Of a stretch of 57,508 bases of DNA, positions 18,221 through 27,450 are shown piece by piece; within the stretch, counting starts at the first letter, position 1; the number at the start of each line of letters is the position of its first letter. Made by a program: the position numbers and the translations under genes. The DNA is taken from the IMG/VR virus record IMGVR_UViG_3300020034_000016, positions 1 to 57,508 of that record; one strand, written 5' to 3'. The DNA is from a virus. Its lineage: Duplodnaviria > Caudoviricetes. Under the pieces are notes generated by a model. The model was not told the DNA's origin. It did not search any database and worked only from the letters and a program-made list of their open reading frames with translations.

Positions 18221-19447
18221 TCAGACAAAAGGATTGGAGACTTTCCGCAGGCGCTCCTGTTGACGTTCATTTTCCCCTTGCGCATAGTTCATAGTAATCA
18301 CTGTGCTGGTATGAGCCGCCATCCGGGCTGCTTCCTGGATGTTTAACGCCTTGGCCGTCTCGTCGAGGTTACTATACTTAAGGCTATAAAAATCTACATC
18401 GATTTCGAGTCCACCTTCTGCTTTTGGGCCCTTCACATACTTGTTCCACATCCGGGTAATTCGGTTGGCCTGGATGGGCTTAGGCCCGGGTTTCAGGTTC
18501 CTACTAAATACAAAATCATCCGGGCCGCAGTTGCCCGTAACAATCACATCTATCCAGTATCGTAATGCGATATCTTTGATTGGGCGCCTTACTTCTCTTT
18601 GCTGGCCACCCTTTTTGATCAAACACTTGAACCGTTGCTTGGCCAGATCTACGTTTCCTCCTTTCAATCGAAAGAGCTCTTTGGACCTCGATCCGGAGTG
18701 AAAGAATATGTGCATATATCGCCAGAGATTAGGATGAAATTCTTTAAGATGATCATTAATAATTAGCCGCTCTTCCCGGGTGAGTTCTCGACGAATTTTA
18801 CGTATTCTTTTTTTCTTGCGGATGGAAGACACCGGATCCAGTTCGACGCACTCTAGTTCGATCAACTGTTTATAGATCATCATTAAATTAGACCGGTAGA
18901 CATTGAATGTATTGTCGGTCCAACGCGGCTTGTTAATGGCGCACCAATCCAGCAGCATCTTAATGTGGCGGCGGCGGATCTCGGACACTGGCTTCCTGTC
19001 CAGGCGCAACTGTACTGCAGCCTTCTCAATATGAGTAACGATATTTTTGGCGTCCCGCTTTGTTTCTGGCTCGCAAGTCATAAGCCTCACTGCTTCATAA
19101 AATGCTCGGATCATCGGGGTAGATGGATCGATTACATAATCGATATTGTCCAGTGCTCCCGTCTCATTGGACTCATCGCTGATACATCCGGTGATCGGAT
19201 TATACGCACGATTCTTCAGCATGTGTAGCTCCTGATCTAGTAGCTCCTGGGTAGCTTCGCGCCGTCCCAATAGTTCAGAGATGTGGTTCATCCCTTTAAC
19301 GATTTGAAGTTTGGGCTTTGCTACCGTGGGATCATAAAACCGGTAATGAATGTACCAGGTGATTGAGGTGGATGCCTCCTGTCTTTTCCAATTCTTTGGA
19401 TGCACAGAAAGTTTGCTGCAGGAGCAGCCATTTGGTAAGAGTAGCAT
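18221..19447 (-). CDS. int: Tyrosine integrase
   Basis: HSGSRSKEL (R), IKKG (K), FYSLK, AAHTS (H), MNY (Y); adjacent to attP. Confidence 0.9.
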   Translation of the reverse strand: MLLLPNGCSCSKLSVHPKNWKRQEASTSITWYIHYRFYDPTVAKPKLQIVKGMNHISELLGRREATQELLDQELHMLKNRAYNPITGCISDESNETGALDNIDYVIDPSTPMIRAFYEAVRLMTCEPETKRDAKNIVTHIEKAAVQLRLDRKPVSEIRRRHIKMLLDWCAINKPRWTDNTFNVYRSNLMMIYKQLIELECVELDPVSSIRKKKRIRKIRRELTREERLIINDHLKEFHPNLWRYMHIFFHSGSRSKELFRLKGGNVDLAKQRFKCLIKKGGQQREVRRPIKDIALRYWIDVIVTGNCGPDDFVFSRNLKPGPKPIQANRITRMWNKYVKGPKAEGGLEIDVDFYSLKYSNLDETAKALNIQEAARMAAHTSTVITMNYAQGENERQQERLRKVSNPFV

Positions 19448-19449
19448 AG

Positions 19450-19473
19450 TTGTTAACGGTTTTGTTAACGGTT
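19450..19473 (+). repeat. Tandem 12-bp direct repeat, putative integrase arm site
   Basis: TTGTTAACGGTT x2. Confidence 0.7.
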
Positions 19474-19504
19474 AATAAATATGCTACCAAGCTAAGGTTC
19501 CGAA

Positions 19505-19540
19505 GAAAAACTGAAAGCCTTCACTATAAAGGCTTTCAGT
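19505..19540 (-). terminator. Terminator downstream of the tRNA-derived att core
   Basis: ACTGAAAGCCTT-loop-AAGGCTTTCAGT (19510-19540), with a T-run on the minus strand. Confidence 0.75.
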
Positions 19541-19543
19541 GTT

Positions 19544-19586
19544 GTGACCGCGATAGGATTCAAACCTATAACCTTCTGATCCGTAG
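19544..19586 (-). other. attP core: 3' half of tRNA-Arg(ACG)
   Basis: Minus strand CTACGGATCAGAAGGTTATAGGTTTGAATCCTATCGCGGTCAC contains the anticodon loop (ACG), T-arm and acceptor 3' strand; the 5' half is absent. Confidence 0.85.
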
Positions 19587-19679
19587 AACTGTGCCCTTCT
19601 CGGTCGAATTTCTGAAACCCTAGCTGGTAGCGGGTTTTATATTTTGATCAATTGACTAATTTCTCTCTTTTCCCCTCCC

Positions 19680-19703
19680 TTGTTAACGGCATTGTTAACG
19701 TCT
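19680..19703 (+). repeat. Second pair of arm-type repeats
   Basis: TTGTTAACGGCA TTGTTAACGTCT, same 12-bp period and orientation as 19450-73. Confidence 0.7.
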
Positions 19704-20015
19704 CTTCCCTCCTAGTTCCTGACTAACCGCGATGTATGCCTCCTGGAGAAGCATTAGCGGCGTTTTGGGTGGCTTGCGGTGCATGTTAGGTTCAAGGCCC
19801 AGGATCCAGTTCGCGTTGGCACCAGTCAGCTTACAAGCCTCAATGATCTGTTCCTTTGTGAAGCTCTGCAGCCCGGTGCGGACCTTATGAATCGCCTGCC
19901 GGGAAAATCCAATCTTTTCGAAGTACTCCGTCTCATACAGTACGAGGCCTTCGTCGATCGCCCACTTCAACAATAGGAGCATACGCTCATCCGATATGAA
20001 CAGTTTTTTGCTCAT
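19695..20015 (-). CDS. XRE-like HTH regulator
   Basis: IGFSRQAIHKVRTG...ANANWILG. Confidence 0.7.
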   Translation of the reverse strand: MSKKLFISDERMLLLLKWAIDEGLVLYETEYFEKIGFSRQAIHKVRTGLQSFTKEQIIEACKLTGANANWILGLEPNMHRKPPKTPLMLLQEAYIAVSQELGGKRR

Positions 20016-20262
20016 TGCATGCTTTTTATTTCCTTATTGAGCTTATACATCGACAGTGAAATTTCACTGGAACTTCCGGTATGTTGAAAACAAATAATAC
20101 CACCTAAGAGGAAAGCCTTAAAAAATTGACTGAATTCAGCGCAGCAAATCATTTACTAAATATTTTTAACTTTTCCAAGTGAATAAGACTATTGTCGCAT
20201 CTAATTGTAATCATAGATTTCAGCATTATTTCACCACCACCACCAACGATCCATGCATTGCA

Positions 20263-20841
20263 CTACTTGTTTCCATCAATTCGATTGCCCTTTTTTTCAA
20301 AACTCTTCCTCGCCCGTACCAGTTTTGTGCCCAGCACCGCGGCACTTTCCTGAATACTTGTCTTCCGCACCTCTGCTGCAAGTTCCGCTACATATTCCCG
20401 AACCCCCAGCAGTGTGGCTTGAACGTCTAGAAGAATTCTGCCATCGACATTCTCAGTAACTTTCCGCTTTTCCTTGACTTGTGTGGCAAGGTCTTCCTGA
20501 GTCCTTGCCAGGATAACATTCGATTCGGCAAGTAGCTTATTGCTTTCTGTCAAATTAAGAAGCATGGCAAGGGTCAGATCAGCCGGCTTATATTTTATAC
20601 TCTTACTACCAGTTTCATGTGGAACTTTTAGGAACTCCTTAATCGACTTCAGCTCCTGCACTTTTTGGATATCCATATGAAAAAATTCTTCAATTTTTAG
20701 AGCATCGTCATGCCTGGGATTGAGGTCCTTTTCTTCCCATTTCCGCCACCGGCCAGCATTTACGCCAACCTTTTCCGCCAGTTTATCAACCGAGATCGGG
20801 ACATCCAGCCGTAATTTTTTGATTATCAATCCGAAAGCCAT
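20263..20841 (-). CDS. CI-like repressor (XRE HTH, no obvious S24 domain)
   Basis: N-terminal IKKLRLDVPISVDKLAEKVGVNAGRWRKWE; divergent from the cro-like gene. Confidence 0.78.
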   Translation of the reverse strand: MAFGLIIKKLRLDVPISVDKLAEKVGVNAGRWRKWEEKDLNPRHDDALKIEEFFHMDIQKVQELKSIKEFLKVPHETGSKSIKYKPADLTLAMLLNLTESNKLLAESNVILARTQEDLATQVKEKRKVTENVDGRILLDVQATLLGVREYVAELAAEVRKTSIQESAAVLGTKLVRARKSFEKKGNRIDGNK

Positions 20842-20864
20842 GGTGAAAATTTTTTTTCAAAATA

Positions 20865-20909
20865 GTTCCAATATTATTTGGAAGGTTCCAATTAGTTCCA
20901 CTATCTTCG
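20865..20909 (+). promoter_or_regulatory. Lytic promoter with GTTCCA operator repeats
   Basis: TTTG 20877-80 and TATCTTCG 20902-09; GTTCCA at 20865, 20885 and 20895; TTCCAA..TTGGAA inverted pair. Confidence 0.6.
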
Positions 20910-20943
20910 AAGTACAATAACAGTACGGAATTAATACGAATAT

Positions 20944-21168
20944 ATGAAACTCAAAGACGATGTTTTAAGGAAGTTGGACAACAACAGGGGCCTCGGCCTG
21001 ATCATGTATTCACTGGATTGTAGTCACTCAGCCGCCAGGGAGTATGTGAAACACAACAGTGATAATCTGACCAAAGCGGCCATGTTAAAGGCTATCAGGG
21101 AAGAATTTGGAATTGAGTCCGATGCGGAAATTCTGGAGGAGCAGGATTCGAATGAAGTGGCAAAGTAA
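20944..21168 (+). CDS. Cro-like small regulator
   Basis: 74 aa, first rightward gene, divergent from cI. Confidence 0.6.
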   Translation: MKLKDDVLRKLDNNRGLGLIMYSLDCSHSAAREYVKHNSDNLTKAAMLKAIREEFGIESDAEILEEQDSNEVAK

Positions 21169-21223
21169 ATAAGCATTTTCCATTATATCAATAGGAAAAC
21201 TACCTGACGACATAAAAAGAGAC

Positions 21224-21424
21224 ATGGACCAAAAAGCAGTCATAAATGAATTAATGAGTATCGAGGCCGGCGCCTTTCTACTTATTGAACGCGCTACCAA
21301 GCTGAGAAAAAGGTTGGAGGGTGTCCACTCTCCAACCTCCCGCAAGGGTGGGCTGTCAGAGAAGGAAAAGGTTAAGCTTCTGACTAAGCGCCGGCGTACT
21401 ATCATCTCAAAATGCCATCCATGA
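21224..21424 (+). CDS. Hypothetical protein
   Basis: 66-aa basic ORF in the early operon. Confidence 0.5.
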   Translation: MDQKAVINELMSIEAGAFLLIERATKLRKRLEGVHSPTSRKGGLSEKEKVKLLTKRRRTIISKCHP

Positions 21425-21539
21425 TCAGTCCTATCGTTTTGCTGGCATTCCAGCTCGACCATTACAGTACCCGGTTAGCCGAAGCTACCTGAAAGGTCAT
21501 TTTTAAGAGACCAGTTATATCACTTGAAAAAACAACCGA

Positions 21540-21650
21540 ATGAGACTGCTTTACCGTGTGCCGCTGTTCATCCTGTTTTCCCTGATCACAGCTGGCTTGC
21601 TTCTCAGTATTGAAATCTATTACCTGTTTAAACGAATACCATGGATGTAA
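21540..21650 (+). CDS. Small membrane peptide (36 aa)
   Basis: MRLLYRVPLFILFSLITAGLLLSIEIYYLFKRIPWM*; not in ORF track. Confidence 0.5.
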   Translation: MRLLYRVPLFILFSLITAGLLLSIEIYYLFKRIPWM

Positions 21651-21820
21651 TTTTTGGACTGATGGGATGGGCACTGGCTGCCGCCCTCCTCGTAACCATC
21701 CTGACTCGGAAGGACCCTAAGGTGAAGAAGGTTAACTACCCGCAGGCGGGATTGCCACCAGAAGTAGACCGTCGCCTGGAGCCAGACCCATACGACTTTG
21801 ACATTCACAATTTGAAATAG
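21641..21820 (+). CDS. Small membrane protein (59 aa)
   Basis: MDVIFGLMGWALAAALLVTILTRKDPK...; not in ORF track. Confidence 0.55.
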   Translation: MDVIFGLMGWALAAALLVTILTRKDPKVKKVNYPQAGLPPEVDRRLEPDPYDFDIHNLK

Positions 21821-21880
21821 CTCTTTGTATTTGGATCATTGGTAGGAACAAAAGTCCCGGGGTGGATACCCGGGACACAC

Positions 21881-21953
21881 GGCGCGGTAGAGCAGTTGGT
21901 AGCTCGATGGGCTCATAACCCATAGGTCGGAAGTTCGAGTCTTCCCTGCGCTT
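21881..21953 (+). tRNA. tRNA-Met(CAT), initiator-like
   Basis: GGCGCGG/CTGCGCT acceptor stem, D-arm GAGC..GCTC, anticodon arm ATGGG-CTCATAA-CCCAT, T-arm GGAAG-TTCGAGT-CTTCC; no encoded CCA. Confidence 0.88.
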
Positions 21954-22098
21954 CAAAACTCTACAAGGAGGGCCTTGTGAAAGATGAAAATTTAGTAGCA
22001 GGGCCCAAGTAATTAAGAGCCTCTTAGGTGGAAGAGGATGGTGGCTTGTAATGGGTGCCGTCAGGTTCGGCGGCACCCTCTTTTAAAAAGATGATGGA

Positions 22099-22212
22099 AT
22101 GACAGAGAAATTATCGAAAGAAGAAAAAGAAGAGTGCAGGCGGGAACAGCGAGCCTGGGAATCGATGATCGAAATGCTGAAGCGAAAAGGTGCACTGGTT
22201 GACGAATCGTGA
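22099..22212 (+). CDS. Small hypothetical protein (37 aa)
   Basis: MTEKLSKEEKEECRREQRAWESMIEMLKRKGALVDES*. Confidence 0.45.
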   Translation: MTEKLSKEEKEECRREQRAWESMIEMLKRKGALVDES

Positions 22213-22290
22213 TCAACAACTCCCAATAAGAAAAGCTCCCGGCAAGGAGCTTTAAATGAAATTCTGGAAACAATTAAACAACTCAAAAGT

Positions 22291-24303
22291 ATGAAAATTA
22301 TTCTGAAACACTTAACCCTGCGAAATTTCAAGGGTATCCGTTCACTCGATGTTCCCTTCGACCAGGTAACAAACATCCATGGACGCAATGGAACAGGCAA
22401 GACTTCCGTCTTCGATGGCTTCCTGTGGATGCTGTTTGGTAAGGACAGTACCGATCGCAGCACGTTTGAGATAAAAACACTTGATGAGAACAATGAGCCC
22501 TATCACAAACTCGAGCATGAGGTGATCGCTGACCTGATCATCGATGGCCAGGATATCACGATCCGTAAAGTCTACAGAGAAAAATGGGTCAAGAAGGCTG
22601 GTGCTCCCGAAGCCGTATTCTCCGGGCATGACAACTCCTACTATTGGAATGATGTTCCACTAAATGAAAAAGAATACACCGCCAAAATTGCCACGTTTAT
22701 CAACGAAGGCCAGTTCAAGCTGCTTACAAACCTCGGGTACTTCAATACAGTTCTGAAGTGGCAGGATCGCCGCGCTTCCCTGTTACAACTCGCCGGTGGG
22801 ATCAATGATCTCGAGGTCGCGCATCAATTGAATAAGGATGGCAGTTATGACCACCTGATCAATGCGCTACAGGCCAAGAAGACCGTCAAGGAATATTCCA
22901 GCGAGATATTGTCAAAGAAAAAGAAGATCAAGGATGAGTCTGAAAACCTTCCACACCGGATCTCCGAGGCTCGCTATGGGCTTCCGGAGGAAATTGATTA
23001 CTTGACCATCGAAAACAAGATCGCTGCCAACCAGGCGGACCTGGCAATCGTAGAGGATCTGTTGATGAATAAAAGCGTTGCGCAGAAAGCCAGGGAGCAG
23101 CATATTACCAACCTGTATAAAGAACAAGGTGACGCGCAGCGTGATCTCATGATGTTGGAAAATCATGCGAAGAATACCATCCGCGAAAAAAAGCAGGTCC
23201 GCGAGAACAATCTCATTGCGCTGCGCGGTGAGCTCCGCGGGATCCAGGATAATAAATCCAGGCTGCTTATCAGCTATACAACAGAGTCGAAGCGCCGGAT
23301 CGAGTATATCGCTGCAAAGGATATGATCGGCCGAAATTGGGACGCCGTCAATGCTGAGACTTTCCTGATGGATCCCAATTCCTGCATCTGCCCTACTTGC
23401 AGACAGGACCTACCCGGGATCGATGCAGCTGCAAGAGAAGGAGAGCTTCGACGCAACTTCAACCAGGATAAAAGCAAGCGTCTGGCAGAGATCGCCGACA
23501 AGGGGTTGTCATTAAGAAATGATATTGCGCATATGGATACCGTCCTTGCGAATATCAAAGCGGATGGCGAAGCGGCTGCAGGTGCGATCACAGGCCTTGA
23601 AAATAGAATTGCAGATTTTGAAACAGAGCATACCCGGCTGTCTAACGATGAAGCTGCGGAGATCACTACGGAACTGAAAAGCACGGTCTCTTATCAGGCG
23701 ACTACTAATAAGATCGCTCTTCTTACCGAACAGATAAATGCACCGGCGCCGGAAGACAACAACATTGATGCGATCGCGCGCCGCCGTAGTCTCGTAGATG
23801 ACGTCTCTTCTCTCAATCGCCAGCTGGCCACCAAAGGTCAAAGGGAGAAGGCACTCCAGCGCATAGCGGACCTGGAGAAGCAGGAAAGTGAATCGGCACA
23901 GGCCCTCGCAGATCTGGAGCGCATGGAGTTTACGCTACTGGAATTTGACCGCGCCAAGATGGACCTCCTGGAGGAGCGCATCAACGGTAAGTTCCGTCTC
24001 GTAAAATTCAAACTCTTCGACCGCCAGGTCAACGGCGGGGAAACACCTCAATGCGTGACGCTGATCAACGGTGTTCCCTATCCTGATGCCAACACAGCCA
24101 GTCGGATCAATGCCTCCCTCGATATCATCAATGTCTTTTCGGAGTTCTATGGGGTCATCGCACCGGTGTTCATCGATAACCGGGAAAGCGTGACCGATAT
24201 CCTGCCAACCGAATCGCAGGTGATCAACCTGATCGTTGCGCCGGCAGATACCAAGTTAAGAATAGGATCACCGACGTCCCAGGTCGCCGAATTCGCAAAC
24301 TAA
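22291..24303 (+). CDS. SbcC/Rad50-like ATPase
   Basis: LRNFKG, Walker A GRNGTGKT, coiled coils with central CPTC zinc hook, C-terminal PVFIDNRES. Confidence 0.9.
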   Translation: MKIILKHLTLRNFKGIRSLDVPFDQVTNIHGRNGTGKTSVFDGFLWMLFGKDSTDRSTFEIKTLDENNEPYHKLEHEVIADLIIDGQDITIRKVYREKWVKKAGAPEAVFSGHDNSYYWNDVPLNEKEYTAKIATFINEGQFKLLTNLGYFNTVLKWQDRRASLLQLAGGINDLEVAHQLNKDGSYDHLINALQAKKTVKEYSSEILSKKKKIKDESENLPHRISEARYGLPEEIDYLTIENKIAANQADLAIVEDLLMNKSVAQKAREQHITNLYKEQGDAQRDLMMLENHAKNTIREKKQVRENNLIALRGELRGIQDNKSRLLISYTTESKRRIEYIAAKDMIGRNWDAVNAETFLMDPNSCICPTCRQDLPGIDAAAREGELRRNFNQDKSKRLAEIADKGLSLRNDIAHMDTVLANIKADGEAAAGAITGLENRIADFETEHTRLSNDEAAEITTELKSTVSYQATTNKIALLTEQINAPAPEDNNIDAIARRRSLVDDVSSLNRQLATKGQREKALQRIADLEKQESESAQALADLERMEFTLLEFDRAKMDLLEERINGKFRLVKFKLFDRQVNGGETPQCVTLINGVPYPDANTASRINASLDIINVFSEFYGVIAPVFIDNRESVTDILPTESQVINLIVAPADTKLRIGSPTSQVAEFAN

Positions 24304-24329
24304 TTATTCACTATTTAACTCAGATAAAA

Positions 24330-25178
24330 ATGACACTACAAAACAATGGCCAGGCGCCGGCCGCAACCCTTCCCGTGAAATCGCCAACCAAATCGGAACT
24401 CATGATGTCCTTCTTTGAAAAGGACACCGTCAAAAAGCAAATGCAGAATGCACTGCAGGAAAACGCTCCATCCTTTATCGCTTCGGTCATCGATCTCTAC
24501 ACGGGTGACGATACATTGGCGGCTTGTCATCCGGAGTTGGTTGCCATGCAAGCATTGAAGGCCGCAGTTCTGAAACTCCCAATCATAAAAGCCTTGGGTT
24601 TCGCGTACATCGTACCATATAGGAAGGGTGATAGTATGATCCCGCAATTCCAGATTGGCTACAAAGGCCTCATCCAGTTGGCCATTCGGACCAACCAATA
24701 CCGGATCATCAATGCCGATGTGGTCTACGAGGGTGAATACCGGTCTTCCAATAAATTAACGGGCGAGTTCGATCTTACCGGCACCAAGAAGAGCGATACA
24801 ATCGTTGGCTACTTCGCCTATTTCGAAACCAAGGAAGGATTCTCCAAGACTCTCTTCATGAGTAAGGAGCGCGTCACGGCTCATGCGCAGAAGTACAGCA
24901 AGTCCTATAGCCAGTCCTTCTCCCCCTGGAAGACGGAATTCGATGCCATGTCCATTAAAACGGTCCTGCGCGGCCTCATCAGTCACTGGGGTATCATGTC
25001 CACGGAGATGCAATCGGCTATTACTGACGACGACAGAGATGTTGCAGAACGGACCATCGACGAGATCAATCGCAACGGCAATACCAAGGACATGAAGATG
25101 GATACGTCCCATATCGAAGACGCAGAGTTCAGCGGCGGAAATAATGAATCAGATTCACTAAATGGCCGCCCCTTCTAA
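24330..25178 (+). CDS. recT: RecT-family single-strand annealing recombinase
   Basis: LGFAYIVPY, QFQIGYKGLIQLAIRT, PWKTEFDAMSIKTV. Confidence 0.92.
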   Translation: MTLQNNGQAPAATLPVKSPTKSELMMSFFEKDTVKKQMQNALQENAPSFIASVIDLYTGDDTLAACHPELVAMQALKAAVLKLPIIKALGFAYIVPYRKGDSMIPQFQIGYKGLIQLAIRTNQYRIINADVVYEGEYRSSNKLTGEFDLTGTKKSDTIVGYFAYFETKEGFSKTLFMSKERVTAHAQKYSKSYSQSFSPWKTEFDAMSIKTVLRGLISHWGIMSTEMQSAITDDDRDVAERTIDEINRNGNTKDMKMDTSHIEDAEFSGGNNESDSLNGRPF

Positions 25179-25388
25179 ATGAAGGTTTCCAAGAATATAA
25201 AGCGCGGGGCAGAAATCACTGTTGCGGATCTCCCGGAACTGGTCTGGCTCGCTAAGGAGAGGCAGTCAGTTGTTGTGCTTTTCGGAAAGAACTACTACTG
25301 TGTCCGGCCGGCCGCGTTTATCCTTCAGTGGAAGCTTTCAGAAATATTAAAACATAAAATCTATAACGCTTTAAAAATCGATAGTTGA
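25179..25388 (+). CDS. Hypothetical protein
   Basis: 69-aa ORF filling the operon gap. Confidence 0.55.
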   Translation: MKVSKNIKRGAEITVADLPELVWLAKERQSVVVLFGKNYYCVRPAAFILQWKLSEILKHKIYNALKIDS

Positions 25389-26125
25389 ACCTACACGTAA
25401 TCAATAGCAACTCTGCCGGTAATGCTTACATCCTGGAGAACGATCAGGAGGCATTACTGATCGAGTGCGGGGTAAGGTTCGAAAGGATCAAGCAAGCGCT
25501 GAAGTTCAATTTCAGAAAGGTTGTGGGGTGCCTGGTGACGCATGAGCACGGCGATCATTCAAAGGCGATAGTAGACGTTCAGAAGGCAGGCATTAAGGTG
25601 TTCGCCTCGCTGGGCACCCACACAGCGCTTCATACAATCACTCATCATAGATCTGTCGTTGTGAAATCTGGACAGGAATTCAAGGCCGGAAGCTTCCGGG
25701 TGAAACCGTTTGATGTGAAGCATGATGTGGCAGAGCCTTTGGGCTTCCTGATAAGCCATCCCGAGACCGGCCTTGTCCTGTTCCTTACTGACAGCTACTT
25801 CAGCGAGTACACATTTCCAGGACTCAACAATGTGATAGTAGAAGCGAACTACTGCCAGCGGATCCTGGACGATCGGGTTCGGGCTGGTGAGAACCCTAAG
25901 TTCCTGCGTGATCGCGTGATCACGTCGCACATGAGCCTGGAGACGTGCAAAGGGCTGCTGAAAGCGAATGATCTAACCCAAGTCAATAACATCGTGCTGA
26001 TTCACCTTTCCGATAACAATAGCCACTCGACTCGCTTCAAGCAGGAAGTGGAGGAAACAACTGGCAAGATGGTCCACGTGGCCACTCCAGGATTGACCAT
26101 TCCCTTTAACCGCAAACCCTTCTGA
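25385..26125 (+). CDS. MBL-fold metallo-hydrolase (likely exonuclease partner of RecT)
   Basis: SNSAGN, THEHGDH, HD, TD, EANY, SHMS, HLS. Confidence 0.9.
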   Translation: MNLHVINSNSAGNAYILENDQEALLIECGVRFERIKQALKFNFRKVVGCLVTHEHGDHSKAIVDVQKAGIKVFASLGTHTALHTITHHRSVVVKSGQEFKAGSFRVKPFDVKHDVAEPLGFLISHPETGLVLFLTDSYFSEYTFPGLNNVIVEANYCQRILDDRVRAGENPKFLRDRVITSHMSLETCKGLLKANDLTQVNNIVLIHLSDNNSHSTRFKQEVEETTGKMVHVATPGLTIPFNRKPF

Positions 26126-26355
26126 TGTCTGAACTACAAAAATTAACCACGCGAATCATTGAGATCGCCAATGCTGATAGTTCCCCTGCTATAAAACAGG
26201 GGACAATCAGCAATCGAATTGCATACTTCGTTGATGACATTCTAAAACTTGCTCGAAATATTAACGAGACGAGCATATCTGACCGGGATCATTTGGAAAG
26301 GGTCACCGAGCTGGAGACAAAATTTGGTATCAGTAAAACACACATAATCCGATGA
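26125..26355 (+). CDS. Hypothetical protein
   Basis: Coupled 76-aa ORF. Confidence 0.55.
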   Translation: MSELQKLTTRIIEIANADSSPAIKQGTISNRIAYFVDDILKLARNINETSISDRDHLERVTELETKFGISKTHIIR

Positions 26356-26358
26356 ATA

Positions 26359-26652
26359 ATGGCTAGAGCTGACTATGTATATACCATCACCAGCCGCGGC
26401 GGTCGCAAGGTTCTTGTGATCGAAGACCAGGACCTGGGGCGCATGAGTGTGACGAATTGTATTGAGGATGTCGTGGCGGAGATCTGCACAAGGGAGAAGA
26501 TCGTGGCCCGTGAATATGTGATCGTCTACATGGACAGTGAATACAAGTGGGGTGGATGGGATGATGGGCGGCAAGAGTTCGTTGTGTTACGATCCGGAAA
26601 CTGGAGATCGGCGGTGGATCTGTATGTGGCCGAGATGGTGAAAAAAATTTGA
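26359..26652 (+). CDS. Hypothetical phage protein
   Basis: 97-aa ORF with DLGRMSVTN..E motif. Confidence 0.65.
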   Translation: MARADYVYTITSRGGRKVLVIEDQDLGRMSVTNCIEDVVAEICTREKIVAREYVIVYMDSEYKWGGWDDGRQEFVVLRSGNWRSAVDLYVAEMVKKI

Positions 26653-26814
26653 CTTAACGCGCTTCTCACAAGGAAGTTTATAATAGTGAATAACCGGGAG
26701 TTGTGTCTACTCCTCCCGGTTTCTTTAAAATCCAACCTGATAAAAACCCACCCACCGTACCAACATTGAAAATGAAGAGCAAACATTCATTTAGTAAATA
26801 CATAGGCATCCAAC

Positions 26815-27450
26815 ATGGCAAAATCAAAAGTGAAAGACCTGACGCCAGAACAGGAATTTGAGACTGAATTACAAAAGGATGAGCGGAAGGTCATCATCAC
26901 ATCTGCGACTATCAAGGACCTGCATTGCAATTACGATTATGTTCCCATGGTAGGACCTCAGCGTCTGACACCACTTGGCGCCAAGGGTCCCGGTATCATT
27001 GATGACGACTTATCTGAAGCCATGGCCAGGCTCAAGGCTCACCTGGCTTACATCGATGGTGCTTTTGCCGGAAAACGTGTTAGTGATATCGACAAATTTC
27101 ATGAGCATGAGATCACCGAAAATTACCACGTCGACAGTATCAAAATGAAAGGATCGGATGGCGATCGACGAATCTCCATCATCGGCAGCAAACATTTGGA
27201 AGCCGGCGGAAGGATGAAGTGTGAAACTCCTCCCTATCTGATAGAAGACCACTCTGGATATAAGTTCTACAATGAACTAAAATCGGAGGTCGATTTCATC
27301 TTCCATGAAGTGGAATTGTATATGGAAGGAAAATACACCATGCCAGTTACCGACGACGATGAGCCGGAAGATCCAAAGCAAACCAAGATTCAATTTGAGC
27401 AGCCATTGGATGACTCTCATACTAACGATTCCGAGAACTCGCCGTTCTGA
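26815..27450 (+). CDS. Hypothetical protein with acidic SSB-like C-terminal tail
   Basis: Ends DDSHTNDSENSPF. Confidence 0.65.
   Translation: MAKSKVKDLTPEQEFETELQKDERKVIITSATIKDLHCNYDYVPMVGPQRLTPLGAKGPGIIDDDLSEAMARLKAHLAYIDGAFAGKRVSDIDKFHEHEITENYHVDSIKMKGSDGDRRISIIGSKHLEAGGRMKCETPPYLIEDHSGYKFYNELKSEVDFIFHEVELYMEGKYTMPVTDDDEPEDPKQTKIQFEQPLDDSHTNDSENSPF

Noticed and set aside
18221-19447. Integrase as a pseudogene because HxxR reads YSLK
   Set aside because: The ORF is full length, the other catalytic positions and attP are intact, and variation at this motif occurs among tyrosine recombinases.
19544-19586. Complete tRNA-Arg gene
   Set aside because: There is no D-arm or 5' acceptor strand; only the 3' half is present, as expected for an att core.
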